Shown here one piece after another: positions 1 through 11,849 of a DNA stretch of 64,000 bases. Under the pieces are notes generated by a model, which worked only from the letters and a program-made list of their open reading frames with translations, ran no database searches and was not told the DNA's origin. Source of the stretch: Camelus dromedarius (Eukaryota); assembly GCF_036321535.1 (NCBI RefSeq), contig NC_087459.1:9362001-9426000 (forward strand). Direction: 5' to 3'. The stretch's first letter is position 1, and every line of letters starts with the position of its first letter. The position numbers and the translations under genes were made by a program.

Positions 1-210
1 CCCCGCGCCATCCTCCCGCTCCAGCTCGCCCCGGCCTGAACTCGAAGGGCCCCGGTCCCTAGGCTCTCACCCGACGACGCCCGGCTCCCTCCGAGGTCCC
101 CGCGGTCCCGATCCCCTCTTCCGGAGGCGGTGCCAGGTGCACGGCGCACAGGTGAGGGGGCGGTGCCACGGGCAGGGCTGGGGCGCCCCCTGGTGGCCGG
201 AATGGCCAGG
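1..210 (-). promoter_or_regulatory. CpG-rich promoter edge with a probable minus-strand non-coding first exon (about 71-150), likely the 5' end of BICDL2/CCDC64B
   Basis: High CpG density. Minus-strand donor CGG|GTGAGA at 71/70 and an ETS core CTTCCGG at 118-124. A plus-strand donor CAG|GTGAGG also sits at 151/152. Gene identity is from recalled synteny only; no coding sequence is in the window. Confidence 0.35.
183..198 (-). promoter_or_regulatory. CTCF consensus site
   Basis: GCGCCCCCTGGTGGCC is the reverse complement of GGCCACCAGGGGGCGC, the CTCF core consensus. Confidence 0.7.
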
Positions 211-479
211 TGGGGCTTAAAGAAAGTCGCCTCCACCCAGGTCAGAGCCAGTGACCCATTTTACTGCCATTGGAAAACAACAGCGCCCATTAATTGAGCA
301 CCCACTGTATGCGGACCGCACGTTGAGCATAGACTTCCGCTCCTTTTCCCTCAGAACTGCCCTGTGGGATAGGAAATTATTAACAATAACAAATCTAACA
401 CACATTAAGCACTCTGCCAACTAAGCTATTTTATAGGCATAACTTGTTTACTTTCAAGACATCTTAATGAAGCAAGAAC

Positions 480-560
480 TACTATCATCCCCATTTTCCA
501 GGTGAGGAAACAGAGGCCCGGGGGGATCTAACTTGCTTCGGGTCAAATGGACAGAACTTG
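480..560. mobile_element. MIR fragment
   Basis: ATCCCCATTTTCCAGGTGAGGAAACAGAGGC matches the MIR core. Similar MIR pieces lie near 1770, 18100, 20860, 22250, 41450, 42370, 46300 and 62900. Confidence 0.6.
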
Positions 561-920
561 AATGTGAGGGTCAGAAATGTGACTTCAGGGTGTGTGCTCT
601 TATACTGATTCCTGGGCTGCAGGTGAGAACAGCTAAAGTGACTTGCCCATAGCCACACCTTAGCCTGTGTGCTGACTCCCAGCTTGATGCTCTCAGTTCC
701 CAGGCTGTGCAGAGTCAGGGGCAGAGCACTTGGTGTGGAGACTGGGAGGATCCAGGGCTGGATGCTGGTGTTTAAACAGCCTAGTGCAGCCCGGGCATGT
801 GGGTGATGCCACCGCCATGGCCTGGTGGCTTGCCAGGAGTCTCCTCAGACTTCCAGAGCTCCCTGGGTCCCTGTGAAAGGGGCTCCTGGCCTGGTGAGGA
901 GGGATGAATGGAGGGCTGGG

Positions 921-1115
921 AGCTGTGGTGAGCTGGTAACTATTTAACGACAGGCTCTCTGGGGGCAAAGAAAGCCCTGATTTGTTGCTTTTGCCAATTT
1001 CTGGGGTGTAAATACTCCCACCAATGCTAATTCCAAGCTATGGACATGACATCCTTGAATGTGGGGATGGGCGGAGATGTGCATAATCAGTTTTTGCCAG
1101 CCACTTACCAGCTGG
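921..1115. mobile_element. MER63-like hAT DNA transposon
   Basis: GTGAGCTGGTAACTATTTAACGACAGGCTCTC and GTGTAAATACTCCCACCAATGCTAATTCCAAGCTA resemble the recalled MER63 consensus. Confidence 0.55.
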
Positions 1116-2666
1116 GTCCCCTGCATCTGTGGCTTCGGGGGTCAGGACTTCTGAGTGTTGGAGGACTGAGGACCTATCTGGCTGGGCCCTAGAAATAGAA
1201 AAGGAAAATGGGAGCTGGGACTCCTGACTTGTGGGAAAATGGATGCAAGAATTCTTTGGAGGGGTGGTTCAGGGGCTGGGACCCCTGGATCCTGGACTAG
1301 GCCCAGGTTTCCTGCCAGCACAGAGCAGAAGTACCAATTTCATTTTAAAGGGGTCTGAGGGGTGTGTTGCCTGGCAAGGCCACTGTATTCTCCCACAGCA
1401 TCTGTGGGAACAGCCTGGTGGACTTTGAAGGACTAGAGACATCCCTGGTGCTGCCACCTGATTTCCTCCAAATGCCAGGATCACCCCAGGCTCCTCCTGT
1501 ACCACACCCAGCACACCTTCCTGAGCCCCCCTCCTGCCAGGCAGGGGCTGGGCTCACCTGGAGATGAAGTGGTCAAGGCCCTACTCCCAGGAGGTCCACA
1601 GTCCACCCAGGAGGTAGGAGGAGGTGTAGACCTATAAAACAGAAAGGAACCAATAAAACAATACAGCAAAGAGCTTGGTTCACAGATGTTGGCATCCCAT
1701 GGCTTCAGTCCAAATTCCAGTTTGGCCACATATGGGCTATGTGTGCCTGTTTCATCCAGCTGACCTCTGCAGCCCTCAGTTTCTCCATTTGTAAAATGGG
1801 GTGATAAGTTTCCAGCTTATGCAGTTGTGAGAATTAAATGGTGAAGTGCCAACACTTAGTCTGTGCTAGTGATCCTGAGCAGGACCATAAGAAGTGACTC
1901 ACCACACATATTACAATGTACTTCATCCTCACAGCAACCCTATGAGGGCATACCAGTCACGGACATGTGACCAGCTCAGGGAGATAGAGTGATTTGTCTG
2001 TGGCTCTATGGCCGATCCCTCATCCTCGTTTGCCTGGCTCCCAGCCCCAGTCATTCTTTGAACGTTTGAATCTGGTCTCCAGCCTCCTCTGGACCCAGGA
2101 GTCCAGCCCTTTCCCTGCCCCCCAGCTCCCCTCCCCCAGCCTCCCTGCTGATCCTAGAGGAAGATGGATAGGTGGCCCCGGGGAAGCCTGAGGGATGCTG
2201 TCCAGATAAGAGAGAGGATGATAACTCAGTTCTCTCCTTCTCTCCAGCCAGCCTCCAAGCAAGTCAACTTCCTGGAGCCTCCAAGCGCATGCTCAGCCCT
2301 GAATGCTCTCTCCCACCTCCCAACCCTCTGGTGAGCCCCTAGAATTCCAAGTCTTGGCATCTCCTCCCTGGGCAAGCCTCCACAGGCCTCACAAGGACTT
2401 GGGCAGTCTATGATGGGCATCAGAAGCCAGTAGAATGCCCCCACTGCCCTCCCTGGCCCCTCCATAGAGGCAACCCGGGGAGTGGCGTGCTTCCAGACCA
2501 AGGCACCTCCAGGCTTTTACGACGTATGCAAAGTCTATGAACAATAGGTAGTATTGTTTGAGGGTGTTTAAAACCTTCATATAAAATATTTTACTGAATA
2601 TACTGTTCTGTAGCTTGCTTTTTTGCTGTTATTGCCAATTTTTTCCCAACTGAAAAAAAACTAGGT

Positions 2667-2790
2667 GGGAGGAAGGTACAGCTCAGTGGTAGAGCGCGTG
2701 CTTAGCATGCTCGAGGTCCTGGGTTCCATCCCCAGTGCTTCCATGAAAATAAGTAAGTAAGTACCTAATCCCTCTCCCAACCCCAAACAA
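2667..2790 (+). mobile_element. tRNA-derived SINE (camelid Vic-1-like)
   Basis: A-box TACAGCTCAGTGGTAGAG, B-box GGTTCCATCCC, then an AT-rich tail. Confidence 0.8.
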
Positions 2791-2809
2791 CCCTTGGCTT
2801 TATCGAGGT

Positions 2810-3276
2810 AGGTATTCCTTCCCAAGGCCATCACAAATTACCAGCAACTGGATGACTTAAATGACTGAAATTTATTGTCTCATAGTTCTGGAGGCCAGAA
2901 GTCCGAAATCAAGGTGGGGGCCGGGTTGGTTCCTTCTGGAGCCTCTGATGGTGACAGCTCTCCCATCCTGATCTTCTACTTCCTTAATGCTCCTTGGACT
3001 GAAGCTGCATCATTCCAATCTCTGCCTCCATCTTCACATGGCCTTCCCCCTCTGGGGCTTCTCTGTGTCCCCGAGTCTCATCTCTGTCTCTCCTGTCTCT
3101 TCTAAGGACCAGTCATTGGTTTTAGGGCCCAAACCAAACCCAGGATGATCTCATCTTGAAATCTTCAACTTACTTTCAGCTGCAAAGATCCAATTTCCAA
3201 ATAATGTCCCATTCTCAGGGATGGGAGGTTAGGGCTTGGACTTATCCTTTTGGGGGACACAATTTGACCCATCACA
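2810..3276 (-). mobile_element. MLT1 (ERVL-MaLR) LTR
   Basis: GAAATTTATTGTCTCATAGTTCTGGAGGCCAGAAGTCCGAAATCAAGGTG and terminal CCCATCACA are typical of an antisense MLT1. Confidence 0.75.
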
Positions 3277-3317
3277 AGGAATAATTTATACATAAGAAAA
3301 TTCACCATTTTTCTTCA

Positions 3318-4282
3318 TTTTTTAAGAAATTGATGTATAGTCAGTATACAACGTTGCGTTAATTTCTGGCGTACAACATATTGATTCAGTTATACATATA
3401 TATATTCTTTTTATTCTTTCTCATTATGGGCTATTATAAGATATTGAATACAGCTCCCTGTGCTATACAATAGGACCTTGTTGTTTATCTCTTTTATATA
3501 TAGTATTATCTGCAAATCCTGAACTCCCAATTTATCCCTCCACTCTCCCTTTCCCCGCCGGTAACCATAAATTTGTCTTTTATGTCTGTGAGTCTATTTC
3601 TGTTTTGTAAATAAGGCCTTTTGTGTCATTTTTTTCAGATTCCACATGTAAGTGATATATGGTATTTTTCTTTCTCTTTCTGGCTTACTTCACTTAGTAT
3701 GAAAATCTCCANNNNNNNNNNNNNNNNNNNNNNNNNNNNNNNNNNNNNNNNNNNNNNNNNNNNNNNNNNNNNNNNNNNNNNNNNNNNNNNNNNNNNNNNN
3801 NNNNNNNNNNNNNNNNNNNNNNNNNNNNNNNNNNNNNNNNNNNNNNNNNNNNNNNNNNNNNNNNNNNNNNNNNNNNNNNNNNNNNNNNNNNNNNNNNNNN
3901 NNNNNNNNNNNNNNNNNNNNNNNNNNNNNNNNATGTATCTTTTTGAATTAGTTTCCTCCAGATATATGCCCAGGAATGGGATTGCTGGATCATACAGAAA
4001 GTCTATTTTTAGGTTTTTAAGAAATCACCATACTGTTTTCCATAGTGGCTGCACCAAACTACATTCCCAACAAAAATGTAGGAGGGTTCCCTTTTCTCCA
4101 TACCCTCTCTGGTGCTTATCATTTGTGGACTTCTGAATGATGGCCGTTCTGACTGGTGTGAGATGAATGTAGTTTTGATTTGCATTTCTCTGATAAGTAG
4201 TGACAATGAGCATTTTTTCATGTGCCTTCACTGGAGAAATGTTTCTTTAGGTCTGCCCATTTTTGGATAGGGTTGTTTGTTT
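3318..4282 (-). mobile_element. Young L1 3' fragment interrupted by an assembly gap (N 3712-3932)
   Basis: Antisense L1 ORF2/3'UTR text (GGGATTGCTGGATCATA, GGCTGCACCAAACTACATTCCCAACAA). Minus-strand translation MKKCSLSLLIREMQIKTT is typical of the L1 ORF2 C-terminus. Confidence 0.85.
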
Positions 4283-4329
4283 TTTTATTATTGAGTTGTG
4301 AGATTCACCAATTTGATAATATTTTGATA

Positions 4330-4600
4330 AATATGTGCAACAAACTAACTGCCACCACAATCATGATATAGAACGCTTCCATCACCCCCAAAATTCCCTT
4401 GCTTATTTGCAGTCCCTCTTCTCCTCATGGAAACCACTGATCTCCTTTCTGTCACCATTACTTTGCCTGTTCCAGGAGGATCTCTAAATGGAATCATGTA
4501 TGATATGTCATCTTTTGTGCCTGGCTGCTTGGATTCAGCGTCAAGCTGCTGAGATTTACCCACGTTGTACATATCAGTGGAATCAAAAGGGTGGAGAATT
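4330..4600 (-). mobile_element. Old L1M 3' fragment
   Basis: AACCACTGATCTCCTTTCTGTCACCAT and AATGGAATCATGTATGATATGTC are antisense L1M 3'UTR motifs. Confidence 0.6.
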
Positions 4601-5174
4601 TTCAAACCTAAAGGAAAGTTGCAGGGTAACATAACGTATACCCTCCACTAAGGCTTACAGTGGTGGACGTTCTGTTACATTTGCTTTCTCTCTCTCTCTC
4701 AGGTGACACACACTCGCACACATTTTGCTAGACCTTTGGCTACTTCCACTTGCATCTCCTGAGGACACAGGGATTCCCCTACATAACCCTGCACCGTTAT
4801 CACATGTAATCAACTGAACATTTCTCTTTAGTCTCCTTTCATCTAAAATACTCCCCCTGTCTTCTTATGTGTCTTTCAGGACATTGACTTTTGGGGGGAA
4901 GAATCCAAGCAGCTGTTTTCCCAAATGTTTTTGAGACTTATCCAGGATGGTGTATTTAAATTTAGTTTGTTCTTAACAGCTGTATGGTATTTCATCCAAA
5001 GTTTATGCCCCAATTTATTTCTCTACTCTCCAATCATTGAACACTGAGTCTTTTGGCTCTTCTTCAGTGTTATAAACAATGTTCTAATGCACAACCTTGT
5101 ACGCAGATCTCCGTGGACACTTGGGTGGAAATTTTATGCTGTTGTCTACTTAGAGGTAGAGTCAGTGTGGGGAG

Positions 5175-5676
5175 GTGTTCCAGCGAGGTCTTGCTGAGTA
5201 ATAACTATCTCACAATTTAGAAGCTTGAAACAACAATTTAGTTTTTTTCTCTGACAGTTCTGAGGGTCGACTGGGTTCTGCCAGGATCTCAGGTAATATG
5301 GTGATCGGGGCTGGAGTTATGAGATGATTTCTTTGCTCCTACATCTGGGCTGGATGGCTGGGTCAGCTGGGGCCGGATTTCTTTCTTCACACAGCTTCTG
5401 CACGTGGTTGCATGGATTTCCTCACAGTATGGCCATCTATCCCAGACTTCTTACGTGGAAGCTAACTTCCCCCAAAATGTGGTTCCAAGGGGCCTGGGAA
5501 GAAGCTGCCAGGCTTCTTAAGACTATGTCTTGAGGTTTCCAGAACCATCACTCTCACAGCATTCTACTGGTCAGGCAAGCCACTGAGGTCGGCCCAGTTT
5601 CAAGGGGAAAGGAGGATATCCTGTCACTCAACGAGAGGAGTAGAAAAGAATTTGCAACCATCTTTTCTCTATCACA
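5175..5676 (-). mobile_element. MLT1-family LTR
   Basis: AACTATCTCACAATTTAGAAGCTTGAAACAACA and CAGCATTCTACTGGTCAGGCAAGCCAC, ending in CTATCACA. Confidence 0.65.
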
Positions 5677-5924
5677 GAGGTTATGCTCATCAGCTTTATT
5701 AAATATCGCTAAACTGATCTCCAAAGGGTAAGTGTTAATTTACACTCTGGAATAAAAAGTCCAACTCCACTTAAAAAATTTTTTTTATTTAAAAAATTTT
5801 ATTTTTTTGATTCAAGTGTAGTTAATTTACAATGTTAGTTTCAGATGTACAGCAAAGTGATTCAGTTATACATATACATACATATATATATATATATTTT
5901 AGATTCTTTTCCATTATATGTAAT

Positions 5925-6063
5925 TTATTTATTTATTTATTTTTTTGGTGGAGGAGGTAATTAGGTTCATTTATTTATTTATTTTAGAGGAGATACTGGG
6001 GATTGAACCCAGGAACTCGTGCACGCTAGGTAGGCTCTCTACCACTTGAGCGATACCTTCCCC
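5925..6063 (-). mobile_element. Vic-1-like SINE inserted in an L1 3' end (L1 about 5780-6150)
   Basis: GGGGATTGAACCCAGG and CTCTACCACTTGAGC are antisense B and A boxes. Confidence 0.8.
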
Positions 6064-6167
6064 TCTCCATTATATGTTAATACAAGAAGCTGAATACAGT
6101 TCCCTGTGCTATAAAGTTAGGTTCTTGTTGTTTATCTGTTTTATTTAGAGTAAATAGATATTCTACA

Positions 6168-6229
6168 TAATATCTATAAACTGTAATATCTATGAACTAT
6201 AATATCTATCCTGTAATATCTATAAAATC
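6168..6229. repeat. Minisatellite, 4 copies of a roughly 16-bp unit TAATATCTAT(A/G)AACT(G/A)
   Basis: Units start at 6168, 6184, 6200 (14 bp) and 6214. Confidence 0.75.
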
Positions 6230-6708
6230 CATTTTTGATGTTTGCTGACAGCTTGAAAGCCCCAGGCTTCCCTCTTTCCTTGTAGCCCACATCTGGGCAA
6301 GCTGATAGGAAGGCCCTGGTGCTCTCTCCCTTGCACAGGAGGGGAATTTCATTCAGGAAAGCCCTGGCCAGTGCGGAGGGGCCTCAGCCCAGCCTCACCC
6401 ACTAACGCCCGGGAAAGCCCCTCCTTGCTCTCTCAAGCCATCTCAGATCTGCTTGAGAACCTGCCCTGCTCCCCTCAGAAGGCCTCATTATATGAGTCAT
6501 CAATTCCATCTTATGCTCTTAGTGTGTGTGGCCTCATCGGCCTCCACATCTGACCCAGATTTTGGGTGAAGGGTTGATCCTTCACAGAGCAACCATGAAA
6601 CGTACTCTGATCAGATCAGCAGAGCATCAATTTCATCTGGCCCACACCTGGCCAATATGTGACATCATCAGATTTTTTTATTTTTTGCTAATCTGATGAC
6701 AAACATGG

Positions 6709-9230
6709 TGTGACATAATAGAAAAATTATATATTGGTCTCTGCCTTCAGTTCCTGGTACAAAGTCCCTCAATCCTTGTAAATAGGGATGCTAGGAGAAG
6801 TGAGGCGTTCGTTAAGTTGGTGTCAGTGAAATGGGATTTGCTAGAACTCATAACATGTGGTTTTGGGGAGAGAAAGGATAAGAGGGCAGGGGATGAAGAG
6901 ATTTTGATTCCTGGTGGCCACATGTTCCCCCCTGGCCTGGAGAAGCAGCTGTGATGCACTCAAGTTACTAAAGGTAAAATTAGCAATGGAATTTAGACAT
7001 GAATCCAGCTCCCAGGGAGTCAGTTTAGTGGAGACATAAGGAAATGAAAACTGATGAGAAAGAAGCAAAATGTTCAATCTGTTGGTTGCTATTATCTGTA
7101 ATAGCTAAAATGAAATTCAAAGAGAGTGCTGGCTTGAAACTTGAGACTGACTGGTCAGATTTCAGTGAGTCTGAGCTTAGGTCACTAGCCTAAAGCCTCC
7201 CTCCGAGGGAAAAGTTATGCAGAAACAACTGTAATTATCTCTAAGCCCTCAGATCACCAAAAATTTGTCAAGGTGGGGGAAGGACAAAACCAAGAAACTG
7301 CTGAAAGCAGGGGACAGTGTGGAGTTTTTCACTTTGTGAATCGTTATCGTCCCCTTCTTGAGGACCCTTTGCTGAAAGGGATTGTAAGAGTAACTAACTT
7401 NNNNNNNNNNNNNNNNNNNNNNNNNNNNNNNNNNNNNNNNNNNNNNNNNNNNNNNNNNNNNNNNNNNNNNNNNNNNNNNNNNNNNNNNNNNNNNNNNNNN
7501 NNNNNNNNNNNNNNNNNNNNNNNNNNNNNNNNNNNNNNNNNNNNNNNNNNNNNNNNNNNNNNNNNNNNNNNNNNCGCTCTACCACTGAGCTGTACCTTCC
7601 CTCCTCCACACTGTTCTTTGGTTTTGAATCTGCAGAGCAGAAGAGCATGTTTGGGTTGATTCAGGACCCACAGCTCAGTATGAAATGATCATAGGTGGTT
7701 ATACCCTGTCCAGACACACAGGAAGTTATGCCCAAGGGAACAGCCAGCCTACTAGACTAGATAAAAGCCACTGTCAGGTCCGATTACCCTGAGAATAAGA
7801 ACTATCTGTCTCCCCCAATAAATTTCAAGTAGAACACTCCAGATGAAGGGGCCGGTAACTCTGGATGCAGGCCACCTGAGACTGGCTTCAAAGTGACCTG
7901 GATATTCGCCTACTGAATACACTCCTTACCCAGGTCATAGTAAAGGCTGGAGGGGCGATGGTTTGCCTACATACCCAGAAAACCTTACAGCTGCAAAACT
8001 GAGGGACATTTTAGGAAGCCTTATGAATTTGCTGTCTCAGATGTCCCTCATGGGTCTTACTTTAAAAAAAAAAGTTAATTAACAAGAAAATGGGGAAAGG
8101 CAGAGGAGAAAAATTGAGACAGGAGACAGGTTTTGGTAGGGTGGAAATTTTTAAAGGGTTATTAAGAAATAAGGTGAATAAAGTGAATATTGATGGAAGT
8201 GAAACAAAGAGGAAAAAGAAAGGGGAGGATCACGGGGCACGTACCAGCAGGGTGGAAAATGGGATGAATAAAATGGATGTTGATGGAGTACAAATGAAGG
8301 GTTTTTTTCTCTGGATGCTTTTTTGTAAATTTTTTTTGGGAGTAGGTAATTAGGTTCATTTATTTGTTTAAGTAATGGAGGTACTGAGGATTGAACCCAG
8401 AGTCTCATGCATGCTAGGCATGCGCTCTACCACTGAGCTATACCCTCTCCTCCTCAAAACAAAGGTTTTAATACAATACTATCTAAGGTTGGGTGGACTG
8501 AAGGAACCCCCTTCTGGCTTCCCAGTGTTGAAGGGCCCCAAACAAATTTGCTCTATCTACCCCAGTTTGTTGAAATTTAAAAATTGGAAGGTAGAGATTA
8601 CAATGCAAACCTGACCAGCAATCACTTTGGGCAGTGGTTAGGCAGATTAATCAAAGTAAAGATTGACAAAGGGCTAGGGTCCCTTGGCTCAATCCCTCAC
8701 CGGGGACCCTAACTTATTCTTGTTGGGGGACACTTGGTGGGGTTGGTGACGTGCGTTGGTAAGGATTTACCAAAAAGGGAGAAGTTCAAGAACAAAGGAA
8801 AATTTAATAGGTACAAACAACAGCAGGCCACACAAGCAAGAGGTGCCTATGTGTCCACCAAGTGTGAATGTGCAGGGTCCTTTATTGGGGAAGGGGCTGT
8901 GAACACAAAGGGATAGAGGAACAGATTTCTGATTGGCTGTAGGTGAGGTAGGGAGCTTTGATATATGGGAGGACAGTGGATTTATGACTCCAGTAAGATG
9001 GAGACGTGGGCTGACACAAGCAAGGTCGTGGAATTTATGACTTGGATAAGGGGGAGACATGGGCTGTGAGAAGTCAGCCTGAGTGAGACCAGCCACTTCC
9101 CAAAGCTGTTAACTGTGCTAAGGCAAACACCCGTCAGGGGTTTACCTCCCAAAGAGGAGCAGGCAGACGCCTAAGGGCTGGAAGTTGGGGGTGGAGGGGG
9201 TTGTCACGGGGCCTCAGCAGGCACTAGTTG
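6709..9230. mobile_element. Fragmented LTR/ERV sequence (MER21-like LTR start at 6709, then probable internal pieces), with a gap at N 7401-7574
   Basis: TGTGACATAATAGAAAAATTATATATTGGTCTCTGCC resembles the MER21 5' end. The downstream pieces are only loosely assignable. Confidence 0.4.
8331..8449 (-). mobile_element. Vic-1-like SINE
   Basis: GAGGATTGAACCCAGAG and CTCTACCACTGAGCTATACC. A further partial copy emerges from the gap at 7575-7602. Confidence 0.8.
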
Positions 9231-9562
9231 GCACTGCAATTCTTTTTTCTTTTAACTCTTTTTACAAAAAGTAATAAAAAACAAAAAGTGTTGGCCATTT
9301 TTCCCCTCTTGGATTGGCCCGCTCCCAATTCTCAGGAGCATACTATCTTTTACTACCTTTTTACTTTACTGATAAAAGTCTTGCATGTATATATATTTTT
9401 TAAAAACTGTTATTGCAGCATAACTGATATAAAATAAGCTGCACATGTTTAAAGTGTACCATTTGGTAAGTTTTGGGATATACCTACCCTCCCACCTAAA
9501 AGCATCATCATAATCACGATATTCATCACCTCCCCAAATTCCCTCATGCCCCTTTATGATCC

Positions 9563-10108
9563 TGTTACTGAACTCAGGTTTGGCTTGCCACTTGAAAAGT
9601 CAATACTCCAGAGACAAGTGTTAGTAGGAAGGTTGCTTTCATCAGGAAGCTGGCAACCTGGGGGGAAGGTGGACTCGTGTCCCAGAACTAGCTCTGAAGA
9701 TTCTGCTCAGCCATAAACGTTTTTAAAGGGAAAAAGGGGAAGTGATCTCAGTTAATCACTAAGGTAGGGGGTCAGACTCATCACCATCTCTTATTGCGTG
9801 CAGGCTTGTCAACTCCTTGTGGTCTTTCTTTAGATGCTCTCTTGTTCACACAGTTTGTTCATGAGATTACTGAATGGGAAGCGGGGGAAAAGCCATCTGT
9901 TAATTACTTATTCTTCATGTCTATTTCTTTGATCTAAGGAAAGAACCAACAGGTTAGGCAAAGTATTGTGTGATCAAAGGATTTGAAAGTTGTGCTTGGG
10001 CTGGAGATTAGTTAAAATATAGCTTTGCTAAAGTGACAAGACAAAAGGGGCCTCCTGCAGAGAGTTCTTTCTTGCAAAGAGCTCTTTCCTGCAAAAAAAC
10101 TGCTTACA
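9563..10108 (-). mobile_element. Solo LTR (ERV1-like) inserted into an L1 fragment
   Basis: TG...CA termini (TGTTACTG to CTTACA), flanked by GATCC and AATCC (5-bp target-site duplication, 1 mismatch). Confidence 0.65.
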
Positions 10109-10819
10109 AATCCCCACCGTCAGACATCACTCCATTTCTATGGGATCATGGGTGAAGGTCCGTCTTCTGTAACTTCTTCACACTGATCCAGGACTAAATT
10201 CTCAGAGTGGAAGATGTTGACATGGATCTGTAGTTTTTCTTTGGTGACAGTTTTAGCTGCCTGTTTACATAGATGGGCAGAGCAAGCTACAATTATTTTG
10301 ATGCCCACAAAGACACAGATTATTATGAACAATAGTGTCAACCCCATTCTCTTAAGGCCAGTTCCTGGAATTGTGCTGACTGCAGGTTTAGTCCTGCTCA
10401 AGATGGAGCAGCCTGTGTCATGACTGCAGTTTGGTCATCATGCAGGTAGCTTTTTCCCTCTGGTGGCAGTTTAGAGTATCTGTAAAATGACCCGGGAATG
10501 TGCATCAGACCCTGGAAGATTCTGTGACTTTATTGTCCTAGTCATTAACTGCTTGCACCTGCTCTTTTGTGACTCAGGGAGGCCTGGGAGACTTCAGCTT
10601 TTCTACAGACAAGACGCAGGGGACATGGAGGGGTCTTTGCACTTGGTGGGAGAGCTCCCCATCAGGGTTCTGCTTGGTTTCAATTTCTCCCTCCTGCCTC
10701 CACCCAACCCAACCCAGACAACTACTGATTCACTTTCTATCATTTGTAGATGTGTTTGCATTTGCTAAATGTAAATAGAATCATATCATACAGTGTGATC
10801 TATTTTTTGGTCTAGCTTC

Positions 10820-11840
10820 TTTTATTTGTTTTCCCCATTAATTTTTTCTTGTTATGGTAAAATACACATGTATAAAATTTAACATCTTAACCATCTTTAA
10901 GTGTACAGATCAGTCATGTTAAATATACTCACATTGCTGTGCAGCCATCACCACCATCATCCCCATAGCACTTTTCAGTCTGTAAAACTGAAATTCTGAC
11001 CCCATTAAATATTAACTACCCCTTCTCCCCACCCCAACCCCTGGCAGTCACCATTGTACTTTCTGTCTCTGTGGGTTTGACTACTCTAAGTACCTCATGT
11101 AAGTGGAATCATATAGTATTTGTCTGACATTAAGTCTTTTTCAGAAACCGTTTCTGTTGATTTATTTTTTCTTTTGAACAGGCCATATTTCCTGTTTCTT
11201 TGCATGCCTTGTGATTTTTTTTGTTCAACACCGGACATTTGAATCTAATAATGTGGTAACTCTGGAAATCAGATTCTCCCCCTTCCCCAGAGTTTGCTGT
11301 GTTGGGTTTTTGTGGGTTTTTGCTTTGTTTTTGTTTTTATTTTTATTTATTAATTAATTTATTTTTTAGTAGACTGTTTCTGTGACTGAGATGTGAACTC
11401 AATGTGTTCTTAGGTCTTTTCTGAGACTTCTGTTGGGCACATGCATTCACTTTCTGATTCTCCCCATGTTTGCAGAGGTTTGAAAAAATGTTCTAGTCTT
11501 TAATGTCTGACTCCTGAAAGGGGAAAATCAAAAAAAGAAGGGGATTAAAAAGGGGTCCCAGCCCTTTAAATCTCCTGACCAGTCACTTCAGCCAGAGGGG
11601 CAGGGGCTGGAGCAGTGGGGGAGGTGCAACAATGGTGGTGGCCTCTTTGCACCTGTGACCAGAAGTGATGATCAGCCATCAGAGCACAGACCGCCCCCCC
11701 GCCCCGCAATCTTTGGAGGACAGGGTCCTTTTTGCACACCCTCCTTCCTGCAAGCTCTCAGGGAACACCTGCACAGCTGCTGGCCACCGGGTGGGGGATG
11801 GGCCGCTGCTACTGGGCTGAGAGCTGAAATTGACTGAAAT
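10820..11840 (-). mobile_element. L1M fragments
   Basis: CTAAGTACCTCATGTAAGTGGAATCATATAGTATTTGTC (L1 3'UTR) and TTTCCTGTTTCTTTGCATGCCTTGTGA (L1M 5' region). Confidence 0.6.
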
Positions 11841-11849
11841 TAACTATTT

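Noticed and set aside
2667-2740. tRNA-like sequences with A and B boxes (about 9 copies in the window)
   Set aside because: They carry SINE tails and are mutually diverged; they are tRNA-derived SINEs, not tRNA genes.
3621-4136. ORFs spanning N runs (also at 7273, 18631 and 47274)
   Set aside because: Artefacts of translating assembly gaps. Two of the gaps fall at a similar point in young L1 copies, consistent with repeat-related assembly failure.
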